DNA of 48,897 bases from sequence record SRR22947725_1116, one strand, 5' to 3'. Position numbers and translations under genes: made by a program. The notes beneath the pieces are model-generated. The model was not told the origin of the DNA and made no database searches. It saw only the letters and a list, made by a program, of their open reading frames with translations. Positions 47,349 through 48,897 of this stretch are shown piece by piece (within the stretch, counting starts at the first letter, position 1; the number at the start of each line of letters is the position of its first letter).

Positions 47349-48653
47349 ATGAAACTTATTTTAGGTTTGGGGATTACAGGTCTTTCAGTAGCTCGTTTTT
47401 TTAATAAAAATAATATTTCTTTTCGGATTGCAGATTCCCGACAAGAGCCTCCGATGCTGAAAATTAGTAAAAATGAAAATCTACTGCATGATTTCTATTT
47501 TGGAGAATGGAATGTATCTTTATTAGATGATATTTCAGAAATCATCATCAGCCCTGGAATAGCTGAATCAGAGTTAATTGTTCGGTGGGCTCGCAAAAAA
47601 AATATTTCTATCATTAGTGATATTGAACTATTTGGAAGATATGTGAAAGCGCCAATGATTGGCATCACAGGCTCAAATGGAAAGTCAACCGTGACCCAAC
47701 TGCTAGGCGAAATGGCGCTTGCAAGTTCATTAAAAGCTTGTATTTGTGGCAATATTGGAAATCCAGTCATGGAGAGTATGAATGATGATGCTGAGCTATA
47801 TATTGTCGAGCTCTCGAGTTACCAATTAGACTATACCAATCAATTGGATTTATATGCTGGGGTAATAACGAATATATCGCCAGATCATCTTGATAGGTAT
47901 TCAAGCTATAGTGATTATATTTCTTCAAAATTATCAATTTATAACTACTCTAAGTTTAATATTGTTAATCTCAATGAGTCTGAGGTTAGTGAGATTATTG
48001 GAGATAATTTATTTTCAATTGAGCAGAGTGAATCCAGGTGTGATTTCTTTGCAAGTGAGAAAAATGATTTGTATGAAGTTTTTCATCAAGATAAGCTTTT
48101 AATGTCTAGCAATGATATATCAGTAGTTGGAACACATAATATTGAAAATATTCTTGCTGCTTTGACTCTGGGGTATCGATTTGGTTTATCAGTCGATGTT
48201 ATGAAAGAGACTGTAATGGGCTTTAAAGGGCTAGTTCATCGATTAGAATTTGTGTCAACTATAAACCAAGTTGATTTTTATAACGACTCAAAATCAACTA
48301 ACGCTATTTCAACTATAACTGCAATTAATGCTCTTGATGCCAAGTATGCAAATCTTGTTTTAATTTTAGGTGGAATTGCGAAAAAAGAAGACTACTCAGA
48401 GTTGTTTAAATTAATCAGTCAAAAGGTGAAGACCGTTATCTTAATTGGAGAGTCTAGTTCTGATTTTTGTAGACATATAGATGGACCTAGAGTAGTAGTT
48501 TCTGAGTCAATGAAGGAGGCAGTTGAAATATCTAAAGAAGCTTCAGAATCTGGAGCAGTTGTCCTATCACCAGGTTGCGCAAGTTTTGATATGTTTGATA
48601 ATTTTAACAATAGAGGAGAGGTTTTCAAGCATCATGTTCTTGAAGATAATTAA
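47349..48653 (+). CDS. murD: UDP-N-acetylmuramoyl-L-alanine--D-glutamate ligase
   Basis: GLGITG, ITGSNGKSTVT, ELSSYQL, DHLDRY, HRLE, NDSKSTN, SPGCASFDMF..F..RG. Confidence 0.96.
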   Translation: MKLILGLGITGLSVARFFNKNNISFRIADSRQEPPMLKISKNENLLHDFYFGEWNVSLLDDISEIIISPGIAESELIVRWARKKNISIISDIELFGRYVKAPMIGITGSNGKSTVTQLLGEMALASSLKACICGNIGNPVMESMNDDAELYIVELSSYQLDYTNQLDLYAGVITNISPDHLDRYSSYSDYISSKLSIYNYSKFNIVNLNESEVSEIIGDNLFSIEQSESRCDFFASEKNDLYEVFHQDKLLMSSNDISVVGTHNIENILAALTLGYRFGLSVDVMKETVMGFKGLVHRLEFVSTINQVDFYNDSKSTNAISTITAINALDAKYANLVLILGGIAKKEDYSELFKLISQKVKTVILIGESSSDFCRHIDGPRVVVSESMKEAVEISKEASESGAVVLSPGCASFDMFDNFNNRGEVFKHHVLEDN

Positions 48654-48897
48654 TTGCTTGATTAGTTTCCAGCCCCTTTAAAATTAAAGCTTCATTCTCA
48701 TTTCTTAGCCAAGTGCACTGTCTCTTGCATAGCTGTCTCGTTGCTACGATTACTTTTTCTACCATTTCCTTCTTAGAATAAATACCTTCAAAATAATTCC
48801 ATGCCTGTCTATAGCCAACACATCTCATAGATGTTAAATCAAGATTAAGTTTTTTATTTTCTCTTAGTAATTTAACTTCATCAAGAAAGCCATTTTT
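48625..48897 (-). CDS. miaA: tRNA dimethylallyltransferase MiaA, C-terminal part (5' end outside window)
   Basis: Frame is open to the window edge: KNGFLDEVKLL...SMRCVGYRQAW...ATRQLCKRQCTWLR. Confidence 0.92.
   Translation of the reverse strand, partial: KNGFLDEVKLLRENKKLNLDLTSMRCVGYRQAWNYFEGIYSKKEMVEKVIVATRQLCKRQCTWLRNENEALILKGLETNQAINYLQEHDA

Noticed and set aside
604-48628. Short 60-130 aa ORFs nested in or antisense to long genes (e.g. 716-991, 12482-12826, 26131-26478, 39645-40031, 47495-47770)
   Set aside because: They lie within well-supported genes and show no recognisable motifs or ribosome-binding sites; treated as shadow ORFs.
1-48897. tRNA, rRNA, CRISPR array or defence system
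   Set aside because: Intergenic gaps are short and show no cloverleaf, rRNA-like or repeat-spacer pattern, and every long ORF has a metabolic, transport, regulatory or housekeeping assignment.

Overview
An AT-rich, gene-dense bacterial chromosome segment. Gene content and order suggest a streamlined marine gammaproteobacterium of the SUP05/Thioglobaceae type; this is inferred, not searched. Housekeeping genes (prmC, trmL, fmt, argH, hemC, phhB, ftsY, hemJ, cysM, thrC, hom, rppH, yccA, murD, partial miaA) are interleaved with four organic-nitrogen catabolic modules. (1) An ectoine-hydrolase (DoeA) locus with a cystathionine gamma-synthase-family PLP enzyme, a frameshifted DoeX-like regulator and a DMT transporter. 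(2) A ~12.6 kb block between trmL and fmt: two CocE/NonD hydrolases, the deletion scar of a third, an M81/MlrC-type metallopeptidase, a peptide ABC transporter and an XRE regulator. It is bounded by a short direct repeat matching the fmt 3' end. (3) An AspH-like putative hydroxylase plus threonine aldolase, facing a polar amino-acid ABC transporter. (4) A polyamine glutamylation cluster (gabD, potFGHI, puuA-like, GntR, spuC-like, puuB-like, speB, GATase) abutting the glutarate genes lhgO-csiD-csiR. Several palindromic operators are readable by eye. I saw no rRNA, tRNA, CRISPR array, transposase or integrase.
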